The notes: a model not told the origin generated them from the sequence alone. Numbered from the whole stretch's first letter, positions 1 to 13,073 are shown. The stretch: 60,526 bases of DNA, filler included, from Sphacelaria rigidula (GCA_964200075.2; 5 parts of 5 records of this genome joined end to end with filler, not necessarily neighbours in it), one strand, 5' to 3'. A program made the numbers and translations.

Positions 1-739
1 CGAGGTTTCGAGCTTGGCCGCTGAACAATAATTTGTGTGCAAAAATCTGTGCTGGCCGACCCCCGCCAGTTTGCCCAATAATCTGTGGAGATCGCCGTAA
101 CTTGTTTAGCACACGGATTTCTTCAGCGGCAGCTCTCGAAATCTTGGAGTCAAGCAAATCTGAAAAGCAGACTAGGCTCCTCTATGTTGGGTGATGCAAA
201 GTGTCCAAGACGTGCGTTGGCGATTTCCCTACTTGGGGGTTTAAAAGTGGGTAAAACGTCCCAAAACTGAACAGTCCGCGGGCCAAAAATCTGTGTGCCA
301 TAATATCTGGCCAAGTTCGCCAAATGAAGCCCCGCATCACCTGTAAGCCGACGAAAAAAATTCGGCTGGCCCAGCTCGTAGGATTAGCTTGTAATTTTAG
401 TTCTATATGCATGCAACACGGAGTGCGTTGATGATGCGTGCCAACCTAGCATGCTTGCCCGCCAAAAAGGCTTTACAAATGAATATAAATATACGGGATT
501 GAGGAGCCGGTCACCGTAGAATCCCGGACCCCACTGAAATTAGAAATTTGACATCATCGATTTATGTTGGGCGCATGGTGAAAGTAGAAACGGAAAGGGT
601 ACGTTCAATAACGAAGCACGAAGAGTAAGAACTACCGAAATATCATCACGCCGCAAATCTATGACTCATTTCTTTTTATATGTCGTACGCATTACTTACA
701 CGTGGTAAAGCACACCACTTTTTCCCTGGGTTCCACCGA

Positions 740-1377
740 TACGACTTGCCGAATTCAAAACGCGATGATCGAAGGCTGCCCACCCACGCGGGCAAGCATG
801 GGTTTTATACTTACACACAACTCAGGGTATATAAATACCCAGGTAAACATCCCGGGCGTGCGACAAATCTTACCCTACAGAACATATCCTTCGAACCTAT
901 ATCCACACACCCCCAGAGTATATACCCCTGCTCGTACCTGCACCCAGCATTTCTACAAGGGTATACCCGTACGCTAAGTACGTGTACGGTAGGCTTTCAG
1001 AAGTTACAGAACTGTCGGTTATGGGTGTGGGAGTCTGGCAAAAGTCACAGAACTGTCGGTTACCGCTATGGAAGTCTGATATAATTTAGACATCCTATCG
1101 GGCACGGTATGGATCTTGTGCAGATACTCGCACCTTCACCTCGGTATTTGTACACGAGTATACCCTTACCCCGGATAAGGGTAAACGATGTGTACAGGAT
1201 ACCGCACCCTCACCCGGGAGTGTTTACAAGGGTATACCTGTGCCCCGGGTACGGATATGGGAGGTTTCCAGAACCTTTAAAACTGTTGTGTAAGGGTTTG
1301 TGAGGCTCACAGAACTCACAGAACTGTCGGATATGGTTCATTCTGGAGGAAATACCCCGGTTGCTAAGGAAATCGTA
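740..1377. mobile_element. Putative non-autonomous DNA element with GGGTA/TACCC and ACAGAACTGTCGG internal repeats
   Basis: Imperfect short terminal inverted repeats (TACGACTTGCC at 740 / AGGAAATCGTA ending 1377). Many GGGTAT/ATACCC motifs in both orientations and three ACAGAACTGTCGG copies. No TSD seen. Confidence 0.4.
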
Positions 1378-1750
1378 CACTTCAGTGCATGGCCTTGAAT
1401 ATTTTAGCCCATATGCATACGCCGCCCGCACGCGCGACACTACTGAGTACATATTTTGCGCTTGAAGATTCGGGGGTGGAAGACACTGTGCGAGCGGTTG
1501 GTTCGAGTGCTGTCATATGCAGCGCTTGTTGCCCGTTTAACCTCCCATTTGAGTACAGCATATTTGGACATGGAGCAAGGAGGCACCGTCGGAGTAAGTG
1601 CTGTTGATAAATATACAATAATGATGCCATCCGGTAAGGTTTGCTGAGTACATGCCCACACACTCGAATTTGTCAAAACTGTGCACCTTGGTGGCGGCAA
1701 GAGGTTGTCCCCCGGAAGTATGTTGGAGTCTTATGATTTGGGGGCAGTAA

Positions 1751-1979
1751 AGGGAACAGTCCTGTGTTACGGAAGATTCTAGTCCCCATGTTTTCGGGGG
1801 GGAAATGCGGGATTTTCGCCGTCAGCGCAATCAAAACCGAAAACTTGAACTACACACATCGAATGTCCTCAGTTGTTCACGGTAACAGTTGGGATCGGTT
1901 CGTTGCGAGGATATTGTTCAGAAATGAAAATCTGGGGCTGCTTTATAGTATGACCCCCTTTTCAAGACTGTTTTCCCTG
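1751..1979. mobile_element. Possible small MITE
   Basis: AGGGAACAGTC ... GACTGTTTTCCCTG inverted termini, non-coding interior, no TSD found. Confidence 0.3.
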
Positions 1980-2129
1980 TGTATCGTGTAACATTGATGT
2001 AAAAAATACCTGTTGCCCCCGGTTTTGCGCCGAACTCCAGTATCTATCGATTCCCGATTTTTCACATCAGATGTTCGGCGACAAAGGCGTTCTAACGAGA
2101 AGCCCTCGAAGAAGCGCTTTGAAACGATA

Positions 2130-4393
2130 ATGTCTACGACTGTTCTCCACTCGGATATGTCGCAGCAGCATCACCCGATCCCTCACTTACTGTGTCCATA
2201 ACCTCGTCATGAGCGATGTCAGCCAGGCTGCAGTCGACCATCACATGCTTCACAGGCGTTAAGCTCGTACTGTTTATGCTGACGCGGCGCACGCTGTTGG
2301 GCGCAGGTACATCTGGTTCCGGGTGAGGAGGTACGCGAGTGCCTGTGAAGCGGTAAGTGCTCCAACATGCGGCAGTTTCGGAGTCCGCACTTGGAGGCAG
2401 GGCCGGAGATCGAGGTACGGTGACGGAAGGGGGTGACGTACAGAGCGCTAGTCTTTCAAACGCAGTTCTCACTTCTGCTGGTGACGAGAGGGACTTGAAT
2501 CTAGCACTGTCGGGCGCTGTGACGGACGACAGAGAGACCTGCCCAGCTCCGCGACTACCTTCAGTCGCAGACGGTAGGCACCCACGCAATCGCCGATAGT
2601 CTGCACCAGAAAAGGGGAGGCGGTGGCGGTCTGCTGTCATGGTTTCTCTTGGGATCCGAGCGGCGGAGATATTCAACGTCCGTGGCTGAAGGAGGGGAGA
2701 GGGAGAGTCATCTGCACTCTCACGTGGCCCACAAGCGTTAACTTTCGTCGCTGGCCAACGCGATTGACACATCCACCGCGACGGTATTTCGGCATCTGCC
2801 CGATGAAGAGGCGGTCGCCGATGCAGCGGCATTCGGGGAGATGAAACTGTCAGGGACGGCGGCACGAGCGGAGATAGTCTGCGGTCGAGTCCGAACATGG
2901 TGAATATGTGGAGAGAGAGCAGACCGCAGCGAGGACGTGCATATTGTGCGGGCGACAGGAAATGAAGCGTCTGAGGACACCTGGACGTAATGTTGCACTG
3001 ATGCACACGTCAGACAGATCAGCTCCCTGTCGCTCGAGCTAGCTATTTTCTCGCGTAGCTCCCTAATGAGCTATGAGAACCACATCAGCTACGGATATCT
3101 GCCCTAGGTGAGCAACCCGTAGCTCCCCAGCGCACGTTGACCCTGGGTGAGCTATATAAGCTTCATGAGCTACGCATGATTGCCCTGGGTGAGCCGACAA
3201 CCGGTAGCTCACCAGGGCCTATTTGCCCTGGGTGAGCAATGAGAGCTACATGAGCTACGCATGTTCGCCCTGGGTGAGCTACTAACCCGTAGCTTATCAG
3301 CGCATGGTTACCCTCAGGGAGCTATCGGGCGTAGCTCACATGTGCACATTTTATCACAATGTCAGCTACAGCCCGCAGATGAGCTAGCTCACCAGCTGTC
3401 CGACGTGTGCACTGATGGAAGGGTACTTTCAGTCCAGAGCTGCGAGCACGAGCCACTTGGCCACAGGCGGCGTCAACTTGAAGGCGAACAGCGTCATTTA
3501 CAGCGCATGTTCAGTTGAATTTCCGTGCAAAGATGACGCCGTCATACTGCGGAGAGCAGACGGTGGGAAGTGGACAGCCAAGCAGTACCTCCTGTACGTC
3601 CAGCTCATGCCGAGTCCTGTGCGCAGGACCCAAGACGAAGCTCGAAATTTCGCTATGCAAGCGGTTCTCGCGGAAGTATCAAACGGGTGCATAATGGAGC
3701 TAGAGGACGGAATCAACATGCATATAATTGCATGCCGGCGTGCCGGGCTACGGCCATCGGGGAAAGGAAAGTGAGGGAGTATACGGTCGCACTGTTCGAG
3801 GATGTTATATGCAATGTCCGCTACACTCGTTACGTATCGACTGGTGGAGCAGACCTGCAGCAGGACTACAGGCGAAACTTTCATTTCCTTATGCCGTCTG
3901 AATTCGATTGGGAATGGCTTGGTAAGAGACTGGCTGCGCAATGAACGCGTGCTCTGGCGACAGGAATGAGAACGATGTGAATCGCTGGGCGAAGACGCCG
4001 TGAGGGATGCCCGGAGCACGAACAGGGAGCAACGTGGCGCAGAGGGGGGCGGCGACATGGACATCATTAAGACGGCAGCGCAGCTTATGCGGAAGAGTAT
4101 GTTCGACTCCGCCGAGGTGGTACAAAAATCCAGTGAGTCGGAAGGTAAATGTCGATCTGGGATCGCGGGTCCCCGATGTAAAAACGAACGTGCGGAAGTC
4201 GTTCCCGTCAGAGCTGACGACGTTGCTCGTGCCTGTCTGCGACATTAGGTTGGAATCTGCGAAGCTTGAAATAAGCGCGGAAAGAGGTCGGCCGCTTAAA
4301 GACGCCGTATTCACGTACATGTTGAGGAAGATGACCGCGAAGAAGGCACTAGGCTCGGAGTCCGTCCCCGACCACTATCTGCAGCTCCCCTAG
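2130..4393 (+). pseudogene. Degenerate coding region of unknown function, interrupted by a MITE
   Basis: GC-rich, frameshifted ORF pieces. Removing the 3004-3409 MITE and one TSD rejoins ...MKRLRTPGRNVAL|MEGYFQSR... in frame. The C-terminal piece (4007-4393) has an inverted paralogous copy at ~4520-4790. Confidence 0.35.
3004..3409. mobile_element. hAT-type MITE (406 bp) with 8-bp TSD
   Basis: TIRs CACACGTCAGACAG / CTGTCCGACGTGTG. Perfect 8-bp TSD CACTGATG (2996-3003, 3410-3417). Interior packed with CCCTGGGTGAGC(TA)/AGCT repeats. An 8-bp TSD with CA..TG ends is characteristic of hAT. Confidence 0.85.
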
Positions 4394-4784
4394 AGTCTGA
4401 AAGCGCATGAAGTGAGAGCGGAAGCGATATCTCTGCTGTCACGCACTGGTCGTACTGGTCGTGACAGCAGAGATATCGCTTCCGCTCTCACTTCATGCGC
4501 TTTCACACTCTAGGGGAGAATAGATACTCCGAGGGATCGGGGACGAACCTCGTGCCCAGTGCCTTCTTCGCGATCATCTCAAGCTTATGTCGCAGGTGGA
4601 CACGAGCACCGTCGTCAGCTCCGACGGGAACGACTTCCGCACGTACATTTTTACATCGGCGACCCGCGATTCCAGGTCGGCATCAAGCCTTCGACTCGCT
4701 GGATTATTGTCCAACCTCGCGCAGTGGAATATGCTCCTCCACCCAAGCCATGCTGCCGTCTTACGTACGCATCCCCCTCTGCGC
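4037..4784. repeat. Long inverted repeat with near-perfect 59-bp central hairpin (4385-4518)
   Basis: 4385-4443 is the reverse complement of 4460-4518 with 1 mismatch, around a 16-nt loop. The diverged outer arms translate to paralogous peptides DLGSRVPDVKTNVRKSFPSELTTLLV / DLESRVADVKMYVRKSFPSELTTVLV. Confidence 0.9.
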
Positions 4785-5300
4785 GATGTCTTCGATTGCT
4801 CGATAGCTCGGCGTGGAATATGTGTTCACTGGCGCCGGAAGTGTGCGTTGCGTAGCAGCCCGGTCGTCGGCTGCCAGCCGTGGGAGTGGTCATTCGGATA
4901 TAAAATGCTGCAGGTTGCCACGTCCTGTTCGTGACTCCTGGAAATTTATCGGAGAAGTAAAGGTGGAGTCGCGAAAACTATGCAGCGGTAGTCAGCGATG
5001 ACAATCTCAACCTTTTAGACCCCAGGATTGGCGTTTTAGTTGCATTCGACAACAATGACTGTGACCCCGTGACGAAGTACAGCACTGCTCAACATGCTGC
5101 TTTCATAGGGTGTACAGGACACTAGCACGATCAGCCAGTGGCTACATCTGCGACGTTTGGCATCAAGGATGCGCGAAGGAGGGGGTCGGACGTGACCGAG
5201 GACGTGCCGATGACTGGTCGCCCGCGGGTCAATCACCACGAGTCCATTCGTACGTGGAATACCCTTCTGTTGTTCACCCTCTGGTGCAGCGTGTAATAAG

Positions 5301-7230
5301 GTGGGGGGGACCGTCTTGCCTATAGATGAACTGCACAAGGGCTTGAAGCCGGCACAGAAACGGCTTGTTTCAGAAGATCTGCTCGTCTATCTAGGCTCTA
5401 AGAAATGCGACGCCGACAATGATGCCATGCTCAAGGCAATTCTATGGATATACCACAACGTCGGCGACCAGGGTCGGGTTGTAATGGAGGGGGGAGACGA
5501 GTGGACGTGCAGCTGTTTGGTGATTGCTGGCGAGACGAATGCTTGTAAGTGGCGGAACATCATATCTCACGCAGGAGGTTAGCATGTGATGCTGCGTCTG
5601 GTCAAGGCTTTGGGTGCAACTGTGTTGGGGGGTAGCGAAAATACTCGGTGGTGACGACAACCACTCTTCTGCAGGGTGGAATATTCGCCGCAGCCACACC
5701 TTTTTCACGGTCACGTTCGAAGGCATGGGATGTGTGATCGTTGAGCTTTACAAGAAGGAACATGGATGCGCGGTCAGTTATATGAACAAGCACGTCGCAC
5801 CGTGGCTTCGACAGCGGGGCTGTTACCCATGAGACTTTGAAAATGTGTGCCCCCATTTTTACTCGAATAGTATCCAGCGTACCTCGCCTTCTGAATGGCA
5901 ACACGAACGGCGGACTACCAACTTTGAACCATGGTACTCCGGGATTTCGCGCCCATCGTCACCCTGACTGACAGCATCTATGTGCCGATCAAATCGCCCA
6001 CGTAACGAAGATGACCGACGGCGACTTCCGTTCGGCTTCAACGCTCTTCCCCCCCAGGTTCACCGGCCGACACTATTCCAACATCGCTTTCTATGAGTAT
6101 CAGAAGATGAATCGGATCGTCGATGCCGCGATAGCCGCCCCCCACGGAAAAGCTGTTGGTTTGAGGAGGCAAAATCTACATGGTAATCAAGATGATGAGA
6201 GAACCGAGCTAGCTGAGCAGCTGGTGACTCCCACGCTTGAGGTCGTTTTCGTCAATGTCCCCCAAATGAGGCGCTTCAGGCGGGTTGAAACCAGCTATCA
6301 TGCGCTTCATGACCACTTCCTTCGCGAGTCTTCGGGCTTGTTTGGGGGGGGCTATGGCGGCATAACTCCGTCACAGGGTCACGGGGAAGGAAAACATCTG
6401 GATACGTGAGAAAATCGGACGAATCTGCGAGAGCCGCAAGGCAGGAATGAGTGTCGTCGACAAGTACCTCTATCCGTCCAAAATGCCAGCGTAGTCCTGC
6501 GGCGGCCTCGTCTCGCGACAGAGTGACTGCCGAGGCAACGGTGCTACTATCACGGACTGCACAGCCCTTTTCTCATGGGACCGAGACCCTCCGAAATCGT
6601 TGAGCGGGATGGGGGCAAGCAAGACCGGTTGAAAATGTTCGGTGCGAAAGATATTCCTCGGAGCGATGGAAAACCACGCCGAGAACAGTGGCGATGGGAC
6701 ACAAGACCGGGAAGCAGCTACCGACGAGCGATCTACCCATGTTCAAGGCGCAGGGTACGACAGCAAAAGCGTTCACGAAACCAGCGAGGGAACAGCGGCG
6801 TAGAGAGAGTTCCAGGATCCGACCTTGGGAGGGAAGGATTTCCCACACCGTCTTTCCCGACGTGCTGTAAACTGCTGTTGCGCGTATCCGCGGACGAAAT
6901 GACGTCACTAAAAGGTAGTTTAGGAGCGGTACTGCCCATGGCGATTGCTCATGCTGGTGACGGTGGCGGCCGCAAGGCTAGCAAGGCGTGCGGAGTACGA
7001 GATTTCATTATTGACGACTACAAGGACGCGCTACAGAAAAAGGCCCATGATGAGTTTGTCAACGCGCCGGCGAATGATTTGGCGACGGAAGTGCACCGAG
7101 CCCCGCCGACTAATGTCCTCGATGGCGGCGCGGTAAAACTTTTGGAAAACACTTGAATGTAGGTGCTGCAGAAGTACAACGTTCCCGGCAGTACATTCTC
7201 AGCGTTATACTACGAGTGTTCACCACTCGT
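5301..7230 (+). pseudogene. Degenerate large DNA-transposase-like gene (DUF6589 / Chapaev-CMC-like motif pattern)
   Basis: Frameshifted pieces read GGDEWT...HAGG*H, YPAYLAF*MATRTADYQL*TMVLRDFAPI, TGRHYSNIAFYEYQKMNR and VLDGGA...GSTFSALY. This order resembles GD...GxxH...R.GD..L...P.F...DE.E transposase-like proteins. Recalled similarity only. Confidence 0.35.
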
Positions 7231-8166
7231 GCCTCCGATCGAAGCCGTCAGACAAGGTCGCCGAAAGGCACTCACAACCGGGGCACACCGCATCTTCAAC
7301 CCGACGTCGTCGCAGGGAAGACCAAGAGGCGTTGCGTTTCAGGCTCACTTCCGTGCGCGTCAGGGTAGGGGTTGATTCGCCCCAAACACCCGCAAGTATT
7401 TAACGCAGCGCCGGGACGGGAAAGATGGCCTCGGGGACACGACATCGTATTTCACGGGGATATCCTCGCTTGGTGTCCCGGTTGGTACTCTCCCGCCTGC
7501 CGAAAGTACTGCACCGGAAGTTCTTGCGGGAGGGTCAACCGCACCGCGCATTGCGAACATGCCTCCTGCGGGATACGCCGAAAACTCGCCGTCGGGGTAG
7601 AGCGAAGGTGGAGCATGGTCGGGAGTTGGAGGCACACACCCGGGCGGTAGCCCGACCGCTTTCAGGGGCGATGAAATGCCGACGAGAACTGCGACGGCCG
7701 GGATTCGCGACGCAGTACGCAAAAGGCTAAACGTACTATAACTGTGCAGCCTGAGTGGTTTTTCACGCGTCGCCACCACCGGAACTACCCATGGCCTCCC
7801 CGGCGGCGGGATTGCCGCCAAAATACCTCCGGTGCCGACGGCCTGTGCAGACGCTGCGGTGCGCGTGGGAGGCGATGTGACCGGTGCGGGCGTGGAGGTC
7901 ACGTCTGTCGACGGGAATGATGTTTGTGTGAGTGTCATTGAAGGACCGCCCGGCGGCTCTACTCAGGGAGGAATGATGGCGCGGGATATCCGCAGGCGGT
8001 TGAAAGCTCCTCCGCAGACGTCTCTGGTACACCTCCAGTAGTAGTCTTGGGGGATGAACCGCCCTGGTGTTTGCGTGGGCGTCACATCGAAGAGGGAGAG
8101 CTGAAGACCACTCATGTGCTTCTGTACCGTGCGAAGTATGCGAACACTTGAACTTTGCGGCCGTGG

Positions 8167-8437
8167 ATGGCGACTTTGATCGATATTGATAAGTTCGCGC
8201 AAAGTATGTTGCCGATGGCAGCCGGTGCCATCCGTCGGGCGGACCCCCGCAAGGTCAACGTCTAGGTGCGACAAACGAAAGGTCACGGGGTGGATGAACA
8301 CGAAGTTCGTCCACCCCGCGGCCTTTGGTTTGTCGCACCTGGGCATCGACCTTCCCGGGGCCCATCTGAGGGATGACACCAGCTGCCATCGGGAACATAC
8401 TTTGTGCCAACTCATCAATATCGTTCGAAGTCGTCAT
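8167..8437. repeat. Imperfect palindrome, 133-bp arms, 5-nt loop
   Basis: 8167-8299 versus the reverse complement of 8305-8437: about 82% identical, no indels. Loop ACGAA. Confidence 0.9.
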
Positions 8438-11400
8438 GCACCATCACCCCTCTTCCAAGGATACTTCTCTCAATAGGACAAGCACTGTGGAACATGACTA
8501 CTGCATTGGTTTGTACGACTGCCGATACGCCGAGGCGAACATGACGGGGCGCACATACTTCCATACTACTGAACGGAAATGCCACTGTTACATTCCACTG
8601 ATGGAAGCGTTAGAATATTGTATGTCAGGCGTGCGTCCCGCAGAACTTTACGTACGATAACTGTGGAGTGATTTGTGAGGGGAGTTGTCTTGGAGGGGCA
8701 AATGCAACGTGGAGGCGACGGAAGGTTTCAAGGTCAAGACTGTGATGTGCTATGCTCTCTTACTATCATCAAGAGTTGTGCTACATGGATGAGGTAAAGC
8801 TTGTACAAAAACGGTGGTGAAGGCAGGACTGTCACGATTGTTCATCCGCACCACCTCGACGAGGACGGTCCGACCAATTACCCGTTGTGTGTGCCTGTCG
8901 TTCCTGTCGCTGCTGCACAGACGCCGTTTGTATGGTGCGGCCACCACACTCACGATTGAGCGGACTCTGATGACGTACGGACCAAACCAATCAGGTCCCC
9001 ACGCGAGCGTGGAAGCACTTGCGATGCCCGTGCTTGCGAAGAAATGTACAAGGAGACTTACGATATAGGCAACTCGCATTCTTCCGTGTAGAGTTCCGGT
9101 CGATGCGCATGGCGTGTCCTTACACCCGTTCTCAGGTCCATTGTTATCGACCCGCATTTTATGCCCATCGGCCGGAAAATGTGCAAATTGGACTTTTCGA
9201 GAGCCATACAGGGGCGGTTCTATGCCCATGAGTAGTCACCAATCTTGCCCAAAACAAGATCGAGAAGGCGTTGTGCCGATAGGTGAACTTTTGCGATGAT
9301 TGGCGCCAAAACGGTTCGGAAAATCGACACTTGAATGCGGATGGGTGTCAAAATCTCGGCGCAATGACTGGTAGGCCATATCGAGCTGAACGTTTTGCCC
9401 ATTCTGCAACTTTTTCTCTGCCGATCGCCCAAAACAACGCCCGACGGGCATGAATGAATGTCGCACCTTTGTCGCCGAGGTTGATATATGCCCGCCAGCA
9501 TCAAACTACCTCCACATGGTCTCGAAAACGCCGATGGACATTTCTTCATGCCCACCGGAATGGTCATAAAATAAGCGCTTTATCGCTCTTCATTCCCTTT
9601 GTCGTGCCGACAACTATTAGCCAACGGTCAGCGCCGTGGTCGCATTCTACATGACCTGTGCAACTTCTGTCCGTCATTTCTCGCTTCGAGTGTCATCGTC
9701 GGCAGGACTGTACGGTACGATATAAACATGTATGAGCATGAAACCATGCCTCGACACCGCTGGTATGCGTAGGGTCCATCAGCGACATGTTGCCTCTTCC
9801 TTTGGCATCCATGACGACCGTCCGGGCGATTGCATACAACATCACTGTCAGAGGCCTCCGTCAAGTCTGTAAGTGGCGTTGGGAGGCGCACCCCTCACTC
9901 TAACGGGGTCTCCTCGCAACGTCGGGGCGTTCCTTCGGCAATGCGAAAGAGTACCCCCCCCCTATTCTGCGGTAACTAAACTTGTCTGTTGTGCATACGG
10001 TAGTCATAACATACGTCACGGTGTCGCATGGTGAAATAGTACGTAAGATCTCAGCGAAGTCAAAGTTGGCGCACCACCGAAATCTCCGAGTAAAATCCAG
10101 CTACTACCTGAGTGAGGTTTGATACTGGTGAAAGCACACAACAGTATTCGTTTTTGCGGCTATCAGACTGTAAATAGAGTCGGCATTGTAACCTCTAGTG
10201 TTGTCTGTAAGGAGACCTTGTCTTTTGCCCAGGTGACTGTGCACGCTCTTTGGCAAGAGCCATAGCTCGCATTGAAACAGCTGCCTACGCCACCAGCTCT
10301 CGCGCGAGATGGCGCGGGAATAACCCCAGCAACCTCAGTGATGTGTCGAAGCCTGGAACGTGCTTGTTGACTGTGTTACTTCGACACCAGTAAGCGGGCA
10401 GAGTGTGACGAGACAGCCGACATCTTGTGCTGCTACCTCCTCATCGGTTTCCTCATCGTACTCTATAGTCATGAGACAATGAATAATGAAAGAACAAGGG
10501 CGCAATGATCATAACCACCGTTTCAACCCACACAGCGCCCCGAGCGCCTTGCGCAACCGAACCTGCGGCTCTAACACCCAATAAACTGGAAGCTTCAGCG
10601 TCATCAGGTGCCCCATACTATATTTCTGGACGTCAACGCCTAAAAAAAACGCTTGAGGGAGCAACATTGCGCGGTTGGATCCGTGGGAGATCAATTCGTG
10701 TACGAAAATCAGTCAAATGAATCAATCGATCGAATCATCAACCAGTCAACTTCTCCGATTCTGACTTCTGTGGCACCTTGATTCTTGGTCGCCATACGTT
10801 TTCGTGCCTACTGCCGGTATGATAAAAAACGTCAATTGTCAATCAATCAGTACGGTGCAGTATGAGGATCCGTACTATCGAGACAGAAAAACTGGTTTGC
10901 AGAATTTGTTCGCAAACGCTTTGCACCCACAACAGCCATCTTGTATCGGAAACATGGTTTCCGTATAAATCTAGGAGCAGGTATAAAGTTCCTCCTCAAA
11001 TAGATTTATGATATGATCGGTGCACTGCTCGAGTTCCATGTTTTCGTTTTGTCGGGTGCAAGTGAGGCTTCCAGGTTTGCATTTGGTCGAGTGTCGCAGC
11101 TTTGCCTACACCCCCTGAAGTTGCCGCATCCATGTTCCCCGTCGAGGAAGCCAATTGCCTATTCGTGTGACCCAATCTGGGGGTTCGATTCCCGATGTGT
11201 TGTGTGTTTTTCTTCGTAATGTCTGATTTCCATCGTGTGAAGCGCGAGAACGTCAGTAAACAAAGTGCTCGACTGAGTTTGTTTCACGTGAGTTGACGCG
11301 GTGCGGGAGTGCTGACGGTCATGGCCCAATCCACGAGACCAAAGTGGAAGGCGTGTGCCGAGGGAGAGATAGGATGGTTCCTTGAGACCACGGACTCGTC

Positions 11401-12028
11401 CCGAGGAAGGGAAGGAGTTCAAAGTGCGGCAAATAAAAATAAACCTGAATGAGTTCGAAAGAACTGTTGCGCAGAAAAGGTAGTGTGCTCGCACATCTTT
11501 TTCACTATATCGGGCGGTGTCTTATCAAATCGTTTTTCGATCGAAATCGTGCGATGGAATACAAAACCCCTGATCTGATAGGTTGTGATGTCCACATAAA
11601 TAACGATGTTTGAAATCACGACCTATCAGCTTGGAGTTTTCCTTTTCCCCCGCTCATTTTCGATCGAAAAGTAATGTGCCAACACACGACCTCAGAAAGT
11701 GATAGTTGTGCCCCACCGACCAATCACAGGGCGTGAATACGAAACAGATGGGAGAGACAAGAATTTCTCGGTCACGATAAGGTACCGTCTGAATCGCGGT
11801 AAGCCTGTAAACCTTGAAACACTAAAGCTCGGGAATGGTACCAGTTAGAAGTGGCCATTATCGCTGTAATGGTAAGTATGGTAATAGTTGCATGAAAAAT
11901 TCGGATAATGGTTTCAAACCATTATTTACCGCTACCGGCTTTATATAAGCCGTCCGGCTACGTATGCTACATACAGCCCTTGAAATTGGCCCAAATTTGA
12001 CGTATTTTTTAGCTCTCGTGACGCCAAT

Positions 12029-12128
12029 NNNNNNNNNNNNNNNNNNNNNNNNNNNNNNNNNNNNNNNNNNNNTTAATTAATTAANNNNNNNNNNNNNNNN
12101 NNNNNNNNNNNNNNNNNNNNNNNNNNNN
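12029..12128. other. Artificial contig linker
   Basis: N44-TTAATTAATTAA-N44 (stops in all six frames). Confidence 0.98.
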
Positions 12129-12188
12129 ATTTGTAGCTTGCCTTAGTCGTTTGACCATTGACCACGCATCCCTTTCGAGACGGAGCAC
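12129..12188 (-). mobile_element. 3' end of C-tailed retroposon family (at contig start)
   Basis: ATTTGTAGCTTGCCTTAGTCGTTTGACCATTGACCACGCATCCCTTTCGAGACGGAGCAC matches the copies at 23724, 26212, 40511 and 48340. Confidence 0.75.
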
Positions 12189-13073
12189 GGGGGGGAATGG
12201 GTCCAGTTGCTTTTTCGCCAACCTGTGTCGCTATCCTGGGCAAGATGGAATATTAACATTCATTACTTTTGACTATCGATGCACAAAGTACTTTGGATTG
12301 TCTTCTTTTTCTTTCTCCAGTCACACTTTGAACCCCTCTCTGTCCTCGGGATTAGTCCGTAGTACGTAGTCTCGAGGGGCCAAGCCATCCCTCTCCTCCT
12401 GTAATACCAGTGTACGCTGACTGTACCATGATAGCATGAGGTAAAACGGCAAAGTTTCCCACACGGTTTCACTGAGCATTTGGCACGAGTGCTGTAGTAA
12501 AACTTGATGTTGATCCTCACCTTTGTCCAGGCCTGGGTCGTCGTCTTGTATGTAGACATTGGTAAAAGCACATTGTTTTTTCGACTACTGATACCTCTGG
12601 GTACCAACGAATACCGAATATATTCTGTAGCCGATACCTTGGATGCCAAGCGTACGAAGTAGCTGAAGTCAGTGCTCCGGATACCACAACGGGTACTCTC
12701 GGGGTCAGGTACCCGGGGCAATGACCTTGGGCACAGGTACCCGGGGCCTAGATATTTTTCATCGGCAATATGCTGAAGTTAGGAGCCACGCAAGAAAATG
12801 AGCCTACGGCCATTCTCGTTTGGAAATACATTACTGTAGAGACATTCCCAGCCTATTGGAAACCTGCCCTCACATATTTCATAATTAATCTCTTGGATGA
12901 AAAAAAGGGCCCACAACAGCTCAAACCTGATGAATATTTCGTGCACCCGTACCGTGGCACACACCAGTCTGTATCTATATAATGTGGTCATGGCAGGATT
13001 TGTGGCGGATCGGGTGCCCGAGGTACCGTGGGGAACACGATACCTGTACTCGATCCATTTATACACTTTGGCC

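Noticed and set aside
2134-3006. 290-aa minus-strand ORF
   Set aside because: Pro/Ser/Arg-rich shadow frame of GC-rich DNA; the plus strand rejoins in frame across the MITE.
12073-12084. TTAATTAATTAA palindrome inside N runs (four times)
   Set aside because: Identical synthetic linker used to join contigs; not biological.
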